From the NCBI GenBank assembly GCA_049968515.1, contig JBMFQR010000001.1, positions 35,154 to 99,153 of the forward strand: a stretch of 64,000 nt of DNA. The letters are read 5' to 3'. This stretch comes from Brevinematia bacterium. GTDB taxonomy: Bacteria; Spirochaetota; Brevinematia; Brevinematales; JAOACQ01. The notes beneath the pieces were generated by a model, which had not been told where the DNA came from, did not search any database, and saw only the letters and a program-made list of their open reading frames with translations. Both the position numbers and the translations under genes were made by a program. Below are positions 20,107 through 28,451 of this stretch, in pieces (position 1 is the stretch's first letter; every line of letters begins with the position of its first letter).

Positions 20107-20183
20107 GTAAGAAAAAGTATGGGCTGCCCTTCATAATCTCTCATTTCGGGCTGGCTGAAATGAAAAAAGTGAGGGGCAGCCCA
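20107..20183 (-). terminator. structured 3' region / probable terminator after acpP
   Basis: A 10-bp stem TGGGCTGCCC/GGGCAGCCCA (20120-20129 / 20174-20183) encloses a second hairpin (CATTTC...GAAATG). It is followed on the minus strand by ACTTTTTCTT. Confidence 0.35.
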
Positions 20184-20199
20184 CTTAAAAAATTCAAAC

Positions 20200-20433
20200 T
20201 TATTGATGGTCTTCGATATACTTTACAGCATCGCCAATGGTTCTCAATTTCTGTGCTTCTTCATCAGGAATGTCAATACCAAATTCTTCTTCGAGTGCCA
20301 TTATGAGATCAACAATATCGAGAGAATCAGCACCCAGATCCTCTATGAAAGCGGCCTCTGGTTTTACAGCTGATTCATCTACGCCAAGCTTATCAACTAT
20401 GATCTCCTTCACTTTCTCAAACACATTTGACAT
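20200..20433 (-). CDS. acpP: acyl carrier protein
   Basis: [21 protein letters not shown] carries the phosphopantetheine Ser (DSL). Start moved to the ATG at 20433, 8 nt after GAGGAGG. Confidence 0.95.
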   Translation of the reverse strand: MSNVFEKVKEIIVDKLGVDESAVKPEAAFIEDLGADSLDIVDLIMALEEEFGIDIPDEEAQKLRTIGDAVKYIEDHQ

Positions 20434-20490
20434 TTTAAAAACCTCCTCTATAAAAATCACTCCACCATTTGTACAAACACAAGCTGAATA

Positions 20491-20519
20491 ATTTTATTTT
20501 ATCTTTAATCTTATGTCAA
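20491..20519 (-). promoter_or_regulatory. sigma-70-type promoter for acpP (TTGACA-17-TAAAAT)
   Basis: On the minus strand, TTGACA is the complement of 20514-20519. A 17-nt spacer follows, then TAAAAT (complement of 20491-20496). Confidence 0.5.
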
Positions 20520-20594
20520 GAAAAAATGGGTTTTAGAGCCGAAAATGTTCGAGAAGAGAAAAATAACTAATCTAAAAAATTTTTTTTCCATCAC

Positions 20595-20623
20595 TTGACT
20601 TTTTAAGATTTTGTGTGTAATAT
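20595..20623 (+). promoter_or_regulatory. sigma-70-type promoter for the TetR-MMPL operon (TTGACT-17-TAATAT)
   Basis: TTGACT at 20595-20600, a 17-nt spacer ending in TGTG, then TAATAT at 20618-20623. Confidence 0.55.
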
Positions 20624-20657
20624 TTAACTAAACAGTTAGTTTAACTAAATAGTTAGT
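20624..20657 (+). promoter_or_regulatory. two tandem 17-bp operator-like repeats, each with an AACTAA-N4-TTAGT(T) palindrome
   Basis: TTAACTAAACAGTTAGT (20624-20640) and TTAACTAAATAGTTAGT (20641-20657) start 1 nt after the -10 element. This is a typical position for a TetR-family autoregulatory operator. Confidence 0.5.
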
Positions 20658-20676
20658 AAACAGGTGGTAATATTAG

Positions 20677-20713
20677 GTTAAACCTGAAACATCTTGGATG
20701 TTTCAGGTTTAAC
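20677..20713 (+). promoter_or_regulatory. perfect 17-bp inverted repeat with 3-nt loop in the TetR leader
   Basis: GTTAAACCTGAAACATC (20677-20693), TTG loop, GATGTTTCAGGTTTAAC (20697-20713). Lies 28 nt upstream of the TetR ATG. No U-tract follows. Confidence 0.6.
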
Positions 20714-20741
20714 TATGTTTCTCAAAAGAGGGAGTGAGGTT

Positions 20742-21359
20742 ATGACACAATTACCAAAAGAAAGAATAATTGAGGCAGCAGTTAAGCTTTTTGCTGAGAA
20801 GGGTTTTGATGCTACATCTGTTGATGAGATAGCAAGGCTGGCAGAAATAAACAAGGCAATGATTTACTATTACTTTTCGAGCAAGGAAGAGTTGCTATCG
20901 AGTATTATTAGAAAAAGCATAAATGATTTTACTTCGATTGTGGAAGAAATAGACCTCTCCAAATTTGACAATCTCGAAGATATGATAAAGACAATAATAA
21001 GGGAGGCCATTAATTATATTGATGGCTATAATATGGTAATAAGAATCTTTCAGAGGGAAAGTTTGAGCAAGAGTTCAAAGTGGGGCACAAACATTATTGA
21101 TACAGTTGGGATTGTCTTTGAGAGAGTTGAAAAGATATTGAGGAAAAGATTTCCTACCCCTATAACCATTGAAATGACAGCTGTGGAACAGATTTTATTT
21201 ACAAATCTTGTGATAGGATACTTAAATCTTAAAGATAAGCTTCTTCTGGACAGCTCTTCCGACGATGAAGCCAAAAACCTTGTTAAAGAAAGATATATTG
21301 AGAAAGTCTCAAGAATTATATATCTACTCATTACAGATAAAGGGGGAAACAATGGATAA
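20742..21359 (+). CDS. TetR/AcrR-family transcriptional regulator
   Basis: ERIIEAAVKLFAEKGFDATSVDEIARLAEINKAMIYYYFSSKEEL is the TetR HTH. Start moved to the ATG at 20742 after GGGAGTGAGG. Confidence 0.9.
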   Translation: MTQLPKERIIEAAVKLFAEKGFDATSVDEIARLAEINKAMIYYYFSSKEELLSSIIRKSINDFTSIVEEIDLSKFDNLEDMIKTIIREAINYIDGYNMVIRIFQRESLSKSSKWGTNIIDTVGIVFERVEKILRKRFPTPITIEMTAVEQILFTNLVIGYLNLKDKLLLDSSSDDEAKNLVKERYIEKVSRIIYLLITDKGGNNG

Positions 21360-23919
21360 GATATTTAGTTTCATCGTTAAAAAGCCTGTTGTTGTTTTAC
21401 TGGGAGTGCTGGCATTCTTTCTCATCTTTCTTTCCGGTATTTTCAGAATGTATATTGATAATGACTTACTTCACTGGTTTTCAAGGAAAAGTAAAATTGG
21501 GGCTTTGAATTACTACATAAATGAAAGGTTTGAAAGTAATAACCCGATTCTTATTATGCTTGAAATGGATGATGGGGTTTTAAATATTTCCAACCTTACT
21601 CACATAAGAAATATTTCAAGGGAGGGCAAGGAAGTAAAGGGAGTAGTCAATGTTATAAGCTTTACAGAGGTGGAGGATGTAAAGAGTACGGCTGGAGAAA
21701 TGATTGTGGATAAACTCCTTCCGGAAAATCTTGGGGATATAAAGGATTTTGAAGAGTTAAAAAAATATATCCTCAGTAAGGAAGGCTATAATGGCAGTGT
21801 GATTTCAAGAGATGGCAAATCAACTGTTATTATCTTTCAGCCATCACCTGAAGATAGAGCAGATGTTGTGGCAAAGAACATAAGGAGATTTGTGGATGAG
21901 TATATAAAGAAAAACTCTCTCGGCTGGAAGGTATATTATGGTGGCACTCCAATGTTATTGAACTCTATAACTGATCTGGTTGTGAGGGATTTGAGATTTC
22001 TTGTCCCACTTGTTTCCATCGTTGTATTTTTGATTCTTTTTATTTCCTTCCGTAATATTAAGGACACAATTCTGCCACTTCTTACTGTTTTAATGGCAAC
22101 AGCCTGTGCGATGGGTGTTATGGGCTTTTTTGGACGACCACTTACTACCTTTGGTGTCGCTATTCCAGTGGTTTTGATTGCTGTGGGAAATGCGTATGGA
22201 ATCCATGTGATAAATGAATATCACGAGAAAAAGAAAAATAATCATATCGATACTGCATTGACCGATGTGTTAAAGAGAACATTCATTCCTATACTTATGA
22301 GTGCTTTGACAACCTTTGGTGGCTTTCTCTCTATTGCTATGGCAAATGAAATGCTTTCTGCAAGAGACTTTGGATTGATTTCTTCTGTTGGTGTAATATT
22401 TTCATTGATTTTTACTCTTTCTTTTATCCCACCTATCTTAAAATTTTTTCCCGGAAAAAAGATAAGTTTTGGGAAACTTACCGAGGAAAGTGAGCATGGA
22501 ATTTTTATGTGGTGGGCAAAATTTGTCTATGGACATAAAAAATTGATTGTATTTCTTTTTGGTATTGTTGCAATTATTTCAGCATATTTTCTCACAAGGG
22601 TAAAGATAAAGGTTGATTATCTTTCTTATTTTCATAAGAAGTCTGAGCCTGCTATTGTCACTGAGAAAATAAATAAGACCTTTGATGGTTCATTTGAACT
22701 AAAACTATACACCTCTGGAAATGTTCTTGATTCTGTATATCTCAGAACACTTCAAATTATAGAAGAAGAACTTAGATTTCTTGCAGGAGGGAAAACAAGA
22801 CCTACTTCTCTTGTGCCAATCATTTCTTCTTTGAATGAGGGAATGACAGAGATACCGATGATTCCAGATACCAGTTATGAGGTTGAGAATCTTTATTTCT
22901 TCATTGACGGCAATGAGAATGTAAAAAGGCTAATGACAGATGACAAAAAAGAAGCTCTTGTTTCTTTTCTCCTTCCGAGTATGGAATCTTCGACGAGATA
23001 TGAACTTGTACGAGATGCAGAAAAACTTCTGAAAGTATACAAAAATGTTTCTCTTGTTGATAGTACCAATGCAGAAAAGGATATAAAGAGGCTTGTTTCA
23101 AAGATGGTGATGAATAGAATTATAAGGGCTGAAATAAAAACAATTACATTTGAGAAGGTTAATGAGTTAATTGATAAGATTCCTTTAAAAAGCGACTTTA
23201 AAAATTATGAGGAAAAATTTGCCTATCTTCTTGATATTACAGGAAAGTTTTATAAAAATTTTGAAATAACAGAAAGCCAGATTTCAAAGTCTGATTTGCT
23301 TTATGCACTTTCTCCACTTGTTTGGGATAAATATATTTATCCAAATGGTGATATACCTGTATTTGAAAAAACAGGATTGGCCGGACTTATGAAGCTTTTT
23401 ACGGATGTGGAGAATACGCTTTTGAAAAATCAGTTGATAAGCCTTGGCATTATAGTGCTTATAGTTGTGATACTCAATACAATTACTTTTAAGTCCTTGC
23501 TTGAAGGTGCATTATCGCTTTTACCAATACTTTTTACTCTTCTTGTAAATTTTGGGGTAATGGGATTGTTTAAGATAAATATGGATTTTATAACAATAAC
23601 CATTGCATCAATAGCTGTAGGTGCGGGAATAGACTACACTATACACTTCTTGTCGAGATTTACTCATGAAATAAAAAATGGAAAAGATAGCGAGGGGGCA
23701 TTTTATAAAACCTTTGTGACAACAGGTAAAGGAATTTTGTTCAACTCACTTTCTGTGGGTTTTGGTTTTGCTGTGTTGAATTTTTCAAGCATTATGCCAC
23801 TTAGAAGCTTTGGAATACTGATGTTTCTGACAATGCTTGTAAGTGCATTTGCTTCTTTAACACTATTGCCAGCTTTTATAATTTACTTTAGGAAACTTCT
23901 TGTTAGAAGTAAGGGGTAG
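21352..23919 (+). CDS. MMPL/RND-superfamily exporter (COG1033-like, two 6-TM halves)
   Basis: Two repeats of a large loop plus a TM bundle (…GFFGRPLTTFGVAIPVVLIAVGNAYGIH… and …ITIASIAVGAGIDYTIHFLSRF…). ATG at 21352 lies after GGGGGA and overlaps the TetR stop. Confidence 0.85.
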   Translation: MDKIFSFIVKKPVVVLLGVLAFFLIFLSGIFRMYIDNDLLHWFSRKSKIGALNYYINERFESNNPILIMLEMDDGVLNISNLTHIRNISREGKEVKGVVNVISFTEVEDVKSTAGEMIVDKLLPENLGDIKDFEELKKYILSKEGYNGSVISRDGKSTVIIFQPSPEDRADVVAKNIRRFVDEYIKKNSLGWKVYYGGTPMLLNSITDLVVRDLRFLVPLVSIVVFLILFISFRNIKDTILPLLTVLMATACAMGVMGFFGRPLTTFGVAIPVVLIAVGNAYGIHVINEYHEKKKNNHIDTALTDVLKRTFIPILMSALTTFGGFLSIAMANEMLSARDFGLISSVGVIFSLIFTLSFIPPILKFFPGKKISFGKLTEESEHGIFMWWAKFVYGHKKLIVFLFGIVAIISAYFLTRVKIKVDYLSYFHKKSEPAIVTEKINKTFDGSFELKLYTSGNVLDSVYLRTLQIIEEELRFLAGGKTRPTSLVPIISSLNEGMTEIPMIPDTSYEVENLYFFIDGNENVKRLMTDDKKEALVSFLLPSMESSTRYELVRDAEKLLKVYKNVSLVDSTNAEKDIKRLVSKMVMNRIIRAEIKTITFEKVNELIDKIPLKSDFKNYEEKFAYLLDITGKFYKNFEITESQISKSDLLYALSPLVWDKYIYPNGDIPVFEKTGLAGLMKLFTDVENTLLKNQLISLGIIVLIVVILNTITFKSLLEGALSLLPILFTLLVNFGVMGLFKINMDFITITIASIAVGAGIDYTIHFLSRFTHEIKNGKDSEGAFYKTFVTTGKGILFNSLSVGFGFAVLNFSSIMPLRSFGILMFLTMLVSAFASLTLLPAFIIYFRKLLVRSKG

Positions 23920-23980
23920 GATTGTGCCATTCTTCACCAGTTTAAGTAAGTATATAGAAAGCCAGATAAAAAGTAGGTAC

Positions 23981-24005
23981 AGACTGCCAAAGGGCGGTCT
24001 GTGTA
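23981..24005 (+). repeat. 25-nt hairpin repeat, copy 1 (AGACTGCCAAAGGGCGGTCTGTGTA)
   Basis: Stem AGACTGCC/GGCGGTCT. Intergenic, between the MMPL and LolA-like genes. A second copy is at 26577-26601. Confidence 0.6.
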
Positions 24006-24028
24006 TAAACTTTCACAGGAGGTATTTT

Positions 24029-24766
24029 ATGAAAAGAATAGCTGTATCAATTTTACTGCTATTTCTGGGGAGTTTTGTGTTCGGACTTACCGGACAGGAA
24101 GTTCTCGATAAGGTAGAGGCTTCGCTTACAGGTTATACTGACCAAACAGCGGTTACAGAGGTAATTTTAGGCAGGATGGATAAGGTTGAAGAAACGAGGA
24201 CTATGAAGTTATGGAGTGCAGGTAAAAGTAAGAGAGTGGTTAAATTTCTCCAGCCTTCAAACGTAAAGGATATCGGGATTCTTGTTCGTTCAAAAGATGA
24301 AATGTATATTTACCTTCCGGCTTATAAGAAGGTAAGAAGAATTCAGGGGAGCATGAAGGATCAAAATTTTCAGGGAACTGATTTTTCCTATAGGGAAATA
24401 GGTAGTTTTGAATACTCGGATGATTATTCAAGTAAGGTCTTAAAAGAAGATGAAAATACCATTACACTTGAACTTACGAAAAAGAATTCCTCTGATGCAC
24501 ATTATTCGAGAATAATTATGCTTGTGGATAAGATTAATTTTTTACCTCTCAAGCTTGAAATGTATTTAAAGGAGGAGTTGAAGAAGGTGCTCACAATTAT
24601 TGAAAGTGAGAAAAAGGGAAATTACTGGGTTTTAACTCACATAAAAATGGAGGATATTTCAAAGAAGCATTATACAGAAATTAAGATGAAGGATATTTCG
24701 TTTGATACAGGACTTGAGAAAAAGGGAATATTTACTGAAAGATTTTTGCAGGAACCCGCTAAATAG
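24029..24766 (+). CDS. LolA-like outer-membrane lipoprotein-sorting family protein
   Basis: Signal peptide, then LTGQEVLDKVE...MKLWSAGKSKRVVKFLQPSNVKDIGILV...MYIYLPAYKKVRRI...FQGTDFSYREI. This matches the LolA_like family pattern as I remember it. ATG at 24029 after AGGAGG. Confidence 0.7.
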   Translation: MKRIAVSILLLFLGSFVFGLTGQEVLDKVEASLTGYTDQTAVTEVILGRMDKVEETRTMKLWSAGKSKRVVKFLQPSNVKDIGILVRSKDEMYIYLPAYKKVRRIQGSMKDQNFQGTDFSYREIGSFEYSDDYSSKVLKEDENTITLELTKKNSSDAHYSRIIMLVDKINFLPLKLEMYLKEELKKVLTIIESEKKGNYWVLTHIKMEDISKKHYTEIKMKDISFDTGLEKKGIFTERFLQEPAK

Positions 24767-24775
24767 GAGGTGACT

Positions 24776-26263
24776 ATGTCAAAAAAGTACATACTTATAT
24801 TTCTTTTTGTGGTTTTTGTACAGGGCTTTTCAGAAACAACAATCGGGCTTGATCTTTCAAGCTTTACAGCCTTGAGCTTAACAAATGCTGATATGATTTA
24901 CAACCAGCATGAAGTGGGGCTGAAGGCAAAAAGCCAGCTGAGTGAAGATATTTTTCTTTCAGGTTCGATAGGTGCAATATACTATGGTGTTCCACAGGAA
25001 ACTCTTACTACGAAGGATAATATTGAAAATTCTTCTTACTTTTATCCGATGGAATTTTATGTCGATGAAGCATATCTTTCTGTCAAGAATTTTATCTTTC
25101 CCGGGCTTGATTTTATCGGAGGGAAGCAGAGGATAAGCTGGGGAAAGGCTGACAAGATAAATCCTACAGACATCCTGAATCCTGTTGATCTTACAATGGC
25201 AACAGACCTTGCCAAAAAGATTCCCGTATTTGCATTAAACCTCAAGTACTATTTTCCTTCGCTTGAAGACACCGGCCTCCAACTTGTTACAGAACCATAT
25301 GCTAACCAGTCGGTAATGCCACTAAAACTTTTGGAAAAAAGGCTCACTGACAGGATAAAGGAAAATGCCACCAATGTCACAAGCTTTGAGATTGATGAAA
25401 ACTGGAAGGGGAGCATAACAACACCGGAACATAACATCAACAATGGGCTTGTGGGAGTAAAGCTTTTTGGAAAGGCGTTTGGTTTTGACTTTTCTTTGAA
25501 CGGGGTAAGAAGGGTTAATGATATTCCCTATGTAAAAGAAATTCATATGACAAACAACACGATCATTGATTTTTCAAACAATACAACAAATGTGGTGGTG
25601 GTTGACAAGTCTTATAGACTTGACTATCATAGAGAGACTGAGGTGGGTTTTGACATTGCAAAGGACTGGGGTATATTTTTAAGCTGGATAGAACTTTCAG
25701 TAACATTTCCGGATGAAACAAAAACCACAACTTCAACATTTTCAAGTATCTTGTTAACCAATATGCCAGTTCAGATACCAGTTCCCCCTTACGTGCTTAT
25801 TATAAGTACGAATGTTGCAACGAATGTCACAGAGGAAAAGACTATACTTAAAGATCCCTACGCAAAGTTTGTAATTGGTCTTGACAAAAACTTTGATGGA
25901 GGCTGGTATATAAACTTCCAGTATGCTCATGGGCTTTCGATTGAAAGGGGTTATGAAGATGAGAGATTGCAAGATTACTTTACCCTCAATATTGAGAAAA
26001 GCTTTTTTGATGAGAAGCTCAAATTCAGACTTTATGGTATGGCGAACGTTGACAATATTATTGACAGATTTAAGGATAATGATATTATAAAGAGTTTTGC
26101 TGACAATGGAGCCGTTATTGGTGCATTTGAGGTTTCTTATGTTCCGATAATGGGCGTTAATATTAAACTTGGTGTAATGGGGATAGATGGCAATGGAGAA
26201 TCCACTCTTACAATGTATAAAGATTATGATATGGCTTATTTTGAAATTTCTACAAGCTTCTAA
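24776..26263 (+). CDS. putative outer-membrane beta-barrel protein (DUF1302-like)
   Basis: Signal peptide. The GGKQRISWGKADKINPTDILNP block is reminiscent of DUF1302. Alternating beta pattern with a C-terminal ...YFEISTSF. ATG lies 6 nt after AGGAGG. Confidence 0.55.
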   Translation: MSKKYILIFLFVVFVQGFSETTIGLDLSSFTALSLTNADMIYNQHEVGLKAKSQLSEDIFLSGSIGAIYYGVPQETLTTKDNIENSSYFYPMEFYVDEAYLSVKNFIFPGLDFIGGKQRISWGKADKINPTDILNPVDLTMATDLAKKIPVFALNLKYYFPSLEDTGLQLVTEPYANQSVMPLKLLEKRLTDRIKENATNVTSFEIDENWKGSITTPEHNINNGLVGVKLFGKAFGFDFSLNGVRRVNDIPYVKEIHMTNNTIIDFSNNTTNVVVVDKSYRLDYHRETEVGFDIAKDWGIFLSWIELSVTFPDETKTTTSTFSSILLTNMPVQIPVPPYVLIISTNVATNVTEEKTILKDPYAKFVIGLDKNFDGGWYINFQYAHGLSIERGYEDERLQDYFTLNIEKSFFDEKLKFRLYGMANVDNIIDRFKDNDIIKSFADNGAVIGAFEVSYVPIMGVNIKLGVMGIDGNGESTLTMYKDYDMAYFEISTSF

Positions 26264-26288
26264 CATTAGAGCTTTCCATACCAATAAT

Positions 26289-26318
26289 TTGACTATTCCT
26301 TTTAGATTGTTATATAAT
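26289..26318 (+). promoter_or_regulatory. near-consensus sigma-70 promoter (TTGACT-18-TATAAT) with no CDS for ~390 nt
   Basis: TTGACT at 26289-26294 and TATAAT at 26313-26318. The next convincing start codon is at 26706. Confidence 0.55.
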
Positions 26319-26372
26319 ACCAGTGGAGAAAAACTCTGGCTGTCCAAAAAGTGTCAAATTTCTTTTTACTTG

Positions 26373-26547
26373 GAGGTGTTGAATTCCATATCTTGCGATT
26401 CTGCTTGCAGGAAGATCCCACTATGGCTTTTTACTAAAAAGTGGGGAGGCATTTTGTCCCGAGCATATGAGACAGGATGTCAGTAGATTTTCCGTGCGAA
26501 ACTTGTGGGCAAGACCTTAGTTAAGGAAAAAAAGAATTCAACACCTC
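26373..26547 (+). repeat. 175-bp unit bounded by a perfect 14-bp inverted repeat (GAGGTGTTGAATTC / GAATTCAACACCTC)
   Basis: The arms are at 26373-26386 and 26534-26547. The interior holds several short hairpins (e.g. CCCAC...GTGGG at 26417-26445, CTTG-TGGG-CAAG at 26502-26513). No ORF with an RBS. Confidence 0.5.
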
Positions 26548-26576
26548 ATCTCAAAAAGGCTGGATAGCGTAGTGCG

Positions 26577-26601
26577 AGACTGCCAGAGGGCAGTCTGTGT
26601 A
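26577..26601 (+). repeat. 25-nt hairpin repeat, copy 2 (AGACTGCCAGAGGGCAGTCTGTGTA)
   Basis: Same 25-mer as 23981-24005, with 2 substitutions. One of them turns a G-U pair into A-U in the stem. Confidence 0.6.
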
Positions 26602-26705
26602 GCCATCTTTCTTGTCGTTTGGAAAGAAGCTAAAAGAGGCTAAAGAGTTATAAGGTTTTCGATGAAAAACTTTTGACAATAGTTTTTATAGAATGGAGGA
26701 AAAAT

Positions 26706-28424
26706 ATGAACAAAAGAATGGTTCTGATTTTTATCCTGTTTGCAATTCCGTTGTTTGCGGCAAATATTAAGCCATTTGGTTCGGAAAAAGCTGTAAAAGG
26801 AGGAAGCATTTCCCTTCATACCTCTGAGTTTCCAAAGTCTTTCAACTATTACATAAACAATGCGGTGGACGCCTCAATAGTTTTTGGTCTGGTTTATGAG
26901 AGTTTGCTTGAGTTACATCCTGAGACACTTGAGTTTATGCCATTACTGGCTAAATCATGGTCTATTTCAAAGGATAAGAAAACCTTTATTTTTGAGCTTG
27001 ATGAGAGAGCAAAGTGGGCGGATGGTAAGCCAGTGACTGCGGAGGATATTTTATTTACCTATAATGTGATTATGAATCCTTCAAATTTAACTTCTGTGCA
27101 GAGAATTTTTCTCTCTCGATTTGAAAAACCTGTTGCCTTAAACGAGAGAAAGGTAAAGTTTGTGGCAAAAACTTTGCATTATAACAATTTTATAAACCTT
27201 GCTGGTTTGAATATTTTGCCAAAACATCTTTATGAGGGAAAGAATTTTAACAGGGAGTTTAATAACAGTCTGCCTGCTGGCAGCGGTCCTTATTATCTTG
27301 CTGAGGTAAAGGAAGGTAGATATTATATTTTAAAGAGAAGAAAGGATTACTGGGGGGATATTCTTCCCCATCATAGAGGAATGTATAACTTTGATAGCAT
27401 AAAGTTCAAGGTAATTAGGAATGACAATGTTGCCTTTGAGGCTTTTAAAAAGGGAGACTTTGACATTTTCACTGCAATTACAGCAAAAAGATGGGTGACA
27501 GAAACAAATTCCCTCCATTTTAAGAAAAACTGGATTTTGAGAAAAAAGATTTACAACTATAATCCACAGGGCTTTTCGGGCATTGCCTTGAATATGAGAA
27601 GACCTATTTTCAAAGATAAAAGAATAAGACTGGCTTTATTTATGTTGCTTAACAGAGAAGAGCTGATAAAAAACCTTATGTATAATGAATATAAACCTCT
27701 TGATACCTACTGGTCCTCTATTGTAAAAAATCCAGCCGGACCCCTTGTAAGATACAACCCGGAGGCTGCAAAAAAGCTTCTTTCTGAGGCCGGGTATGAC
27801 AAGGTTGATGATAGTGGCTACCTCATTAACAGGAATGGTGAAAGACTTGAATTCAAAATAAACTACGTCACAGAGGCTTTTGAGAAGCATCTGACATCCT
27901 ATGTGGAGAGTTGTAAGGCAGTGGGTGTTAAGATAAATCTTGAGGTTTTATCGTGGGCTACATTACTCAAAAAGCTTGAAAACTATGACTTTGATGCCAT
28001 AACTATTGGCTGGTCTGCAAGCCTTTTTGATGATCCTGAGCAACTCTGGCATTCAAGGCATATTTCTGAGCCGGGAGGCAATAACTTACCAGGCTATAAA
28101 AACAAAGAGGTAGATAGATTAATTGAAATGCTTCCACCAATTTTCGACACTCAGAAGAGAAATGAGATAATAAAAAAGATAGACAGAATGCTATATAATG
28201 ATGTGCCTTACATACTCTTCTGGGAGGCTGATTATCAGAGGATTTTTTACAAACCAATTTTTGGAATGCCAAAAACCTATCTTTCAAAATATGGAAGCAT
28301 ATACGAATTTCTTGCTTACTGGTGGGTAGATCCTGAAAGGGAAAAGGCTTATAGAGAGGCGGTAAAGAAAAATAAAGATCTCCCATCAGAAGAAGTAGAA
28401 ATTTATTATGACAGACTTAAGTAA
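26706..28424 (+). CDS. ABC transporter substrate-binding protein, family 5 (peptide/nickel type)
   Basis: Signal peptide, ~570 aa, with typical family-5 blocks (FELDERAKWADGKPVTAEDILFTYN, GSGPYYL, GYLINRNGERLEF). ATG at 26706 after GGAGG. No permease or ATPase genes are adjacent. Confidence 0.85.
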   Translation: MNKRMVLIFILFAIPLFAANIKPFGSEKAVKGGSISLHTSEFPKSFNYYINNAVDASIVFGLVYESLLELHPETLEFMPLLAKSWSISKDKKTFIFELDERAKWADGKPVTAEDILFTYNVIMNPSNLTSVQRIFLSRFEKPVALNERKVKFVAKTLHYNNFINLAGLNILPKHLYEGKNFNREFNNSLPAGSGPYYLAEVKEGRYYILKRRKDYWGDILPHHRGMYNFDSIKFKVIRNDNVAFEAFKKGDFDIFTAITAKRWVTETNSLHFKKNWILRKKIYNYNPQGFSGIALNMRRPIFKDKRIRLALFMLLNREELIKNLMYNEYKPLDTYWSSIVKNPAGPLVRYNPEAAKKLLSEAGYDKVDDSGYLINRNGERLEFKINYVTEAFEKHLTSYVESCKAVGVKINLEVLSWATLLKKLENYDFDAITIGWSASLFDDPEQLWHSRHISEPGGNNLPGYKNKEVDRLIEMLPPIFDTQKRNEIIKKIDRMLYNDVPYILFWEADYQRIFYKPIFGMPKTYLSKYGSIYEFLAYWWVDPEREKAYREAVKKNKDLPSEEVEIYYDRLK

Positions 28425-28451
28425 AAGCAATATCAAGATGTCTAAAATGGA

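Noticed and set aside
23900-24028. N-terminal extensions proposed by the ORF track (here, and at 21265, 26673, 43127, 51887, 56125, 3968, 13484 and 20460)
   Set aside because: In each case an internal ATG or GTG with a proper SD gives a canonical N-terminus or signal peptide. The extensions overlap upstream genes or regulatory elements.
25754-26347. 197-aa ORF antisense to the beta-barrel gene and extending into the intergenic region
   Set aside because: It has a TTG start without an SD and an N/I/K/C-rich composition that looks like no real protein. It lies entirely in the shadow frame of a well-supported CDS. It is best explained as an antisense shadow ORF.
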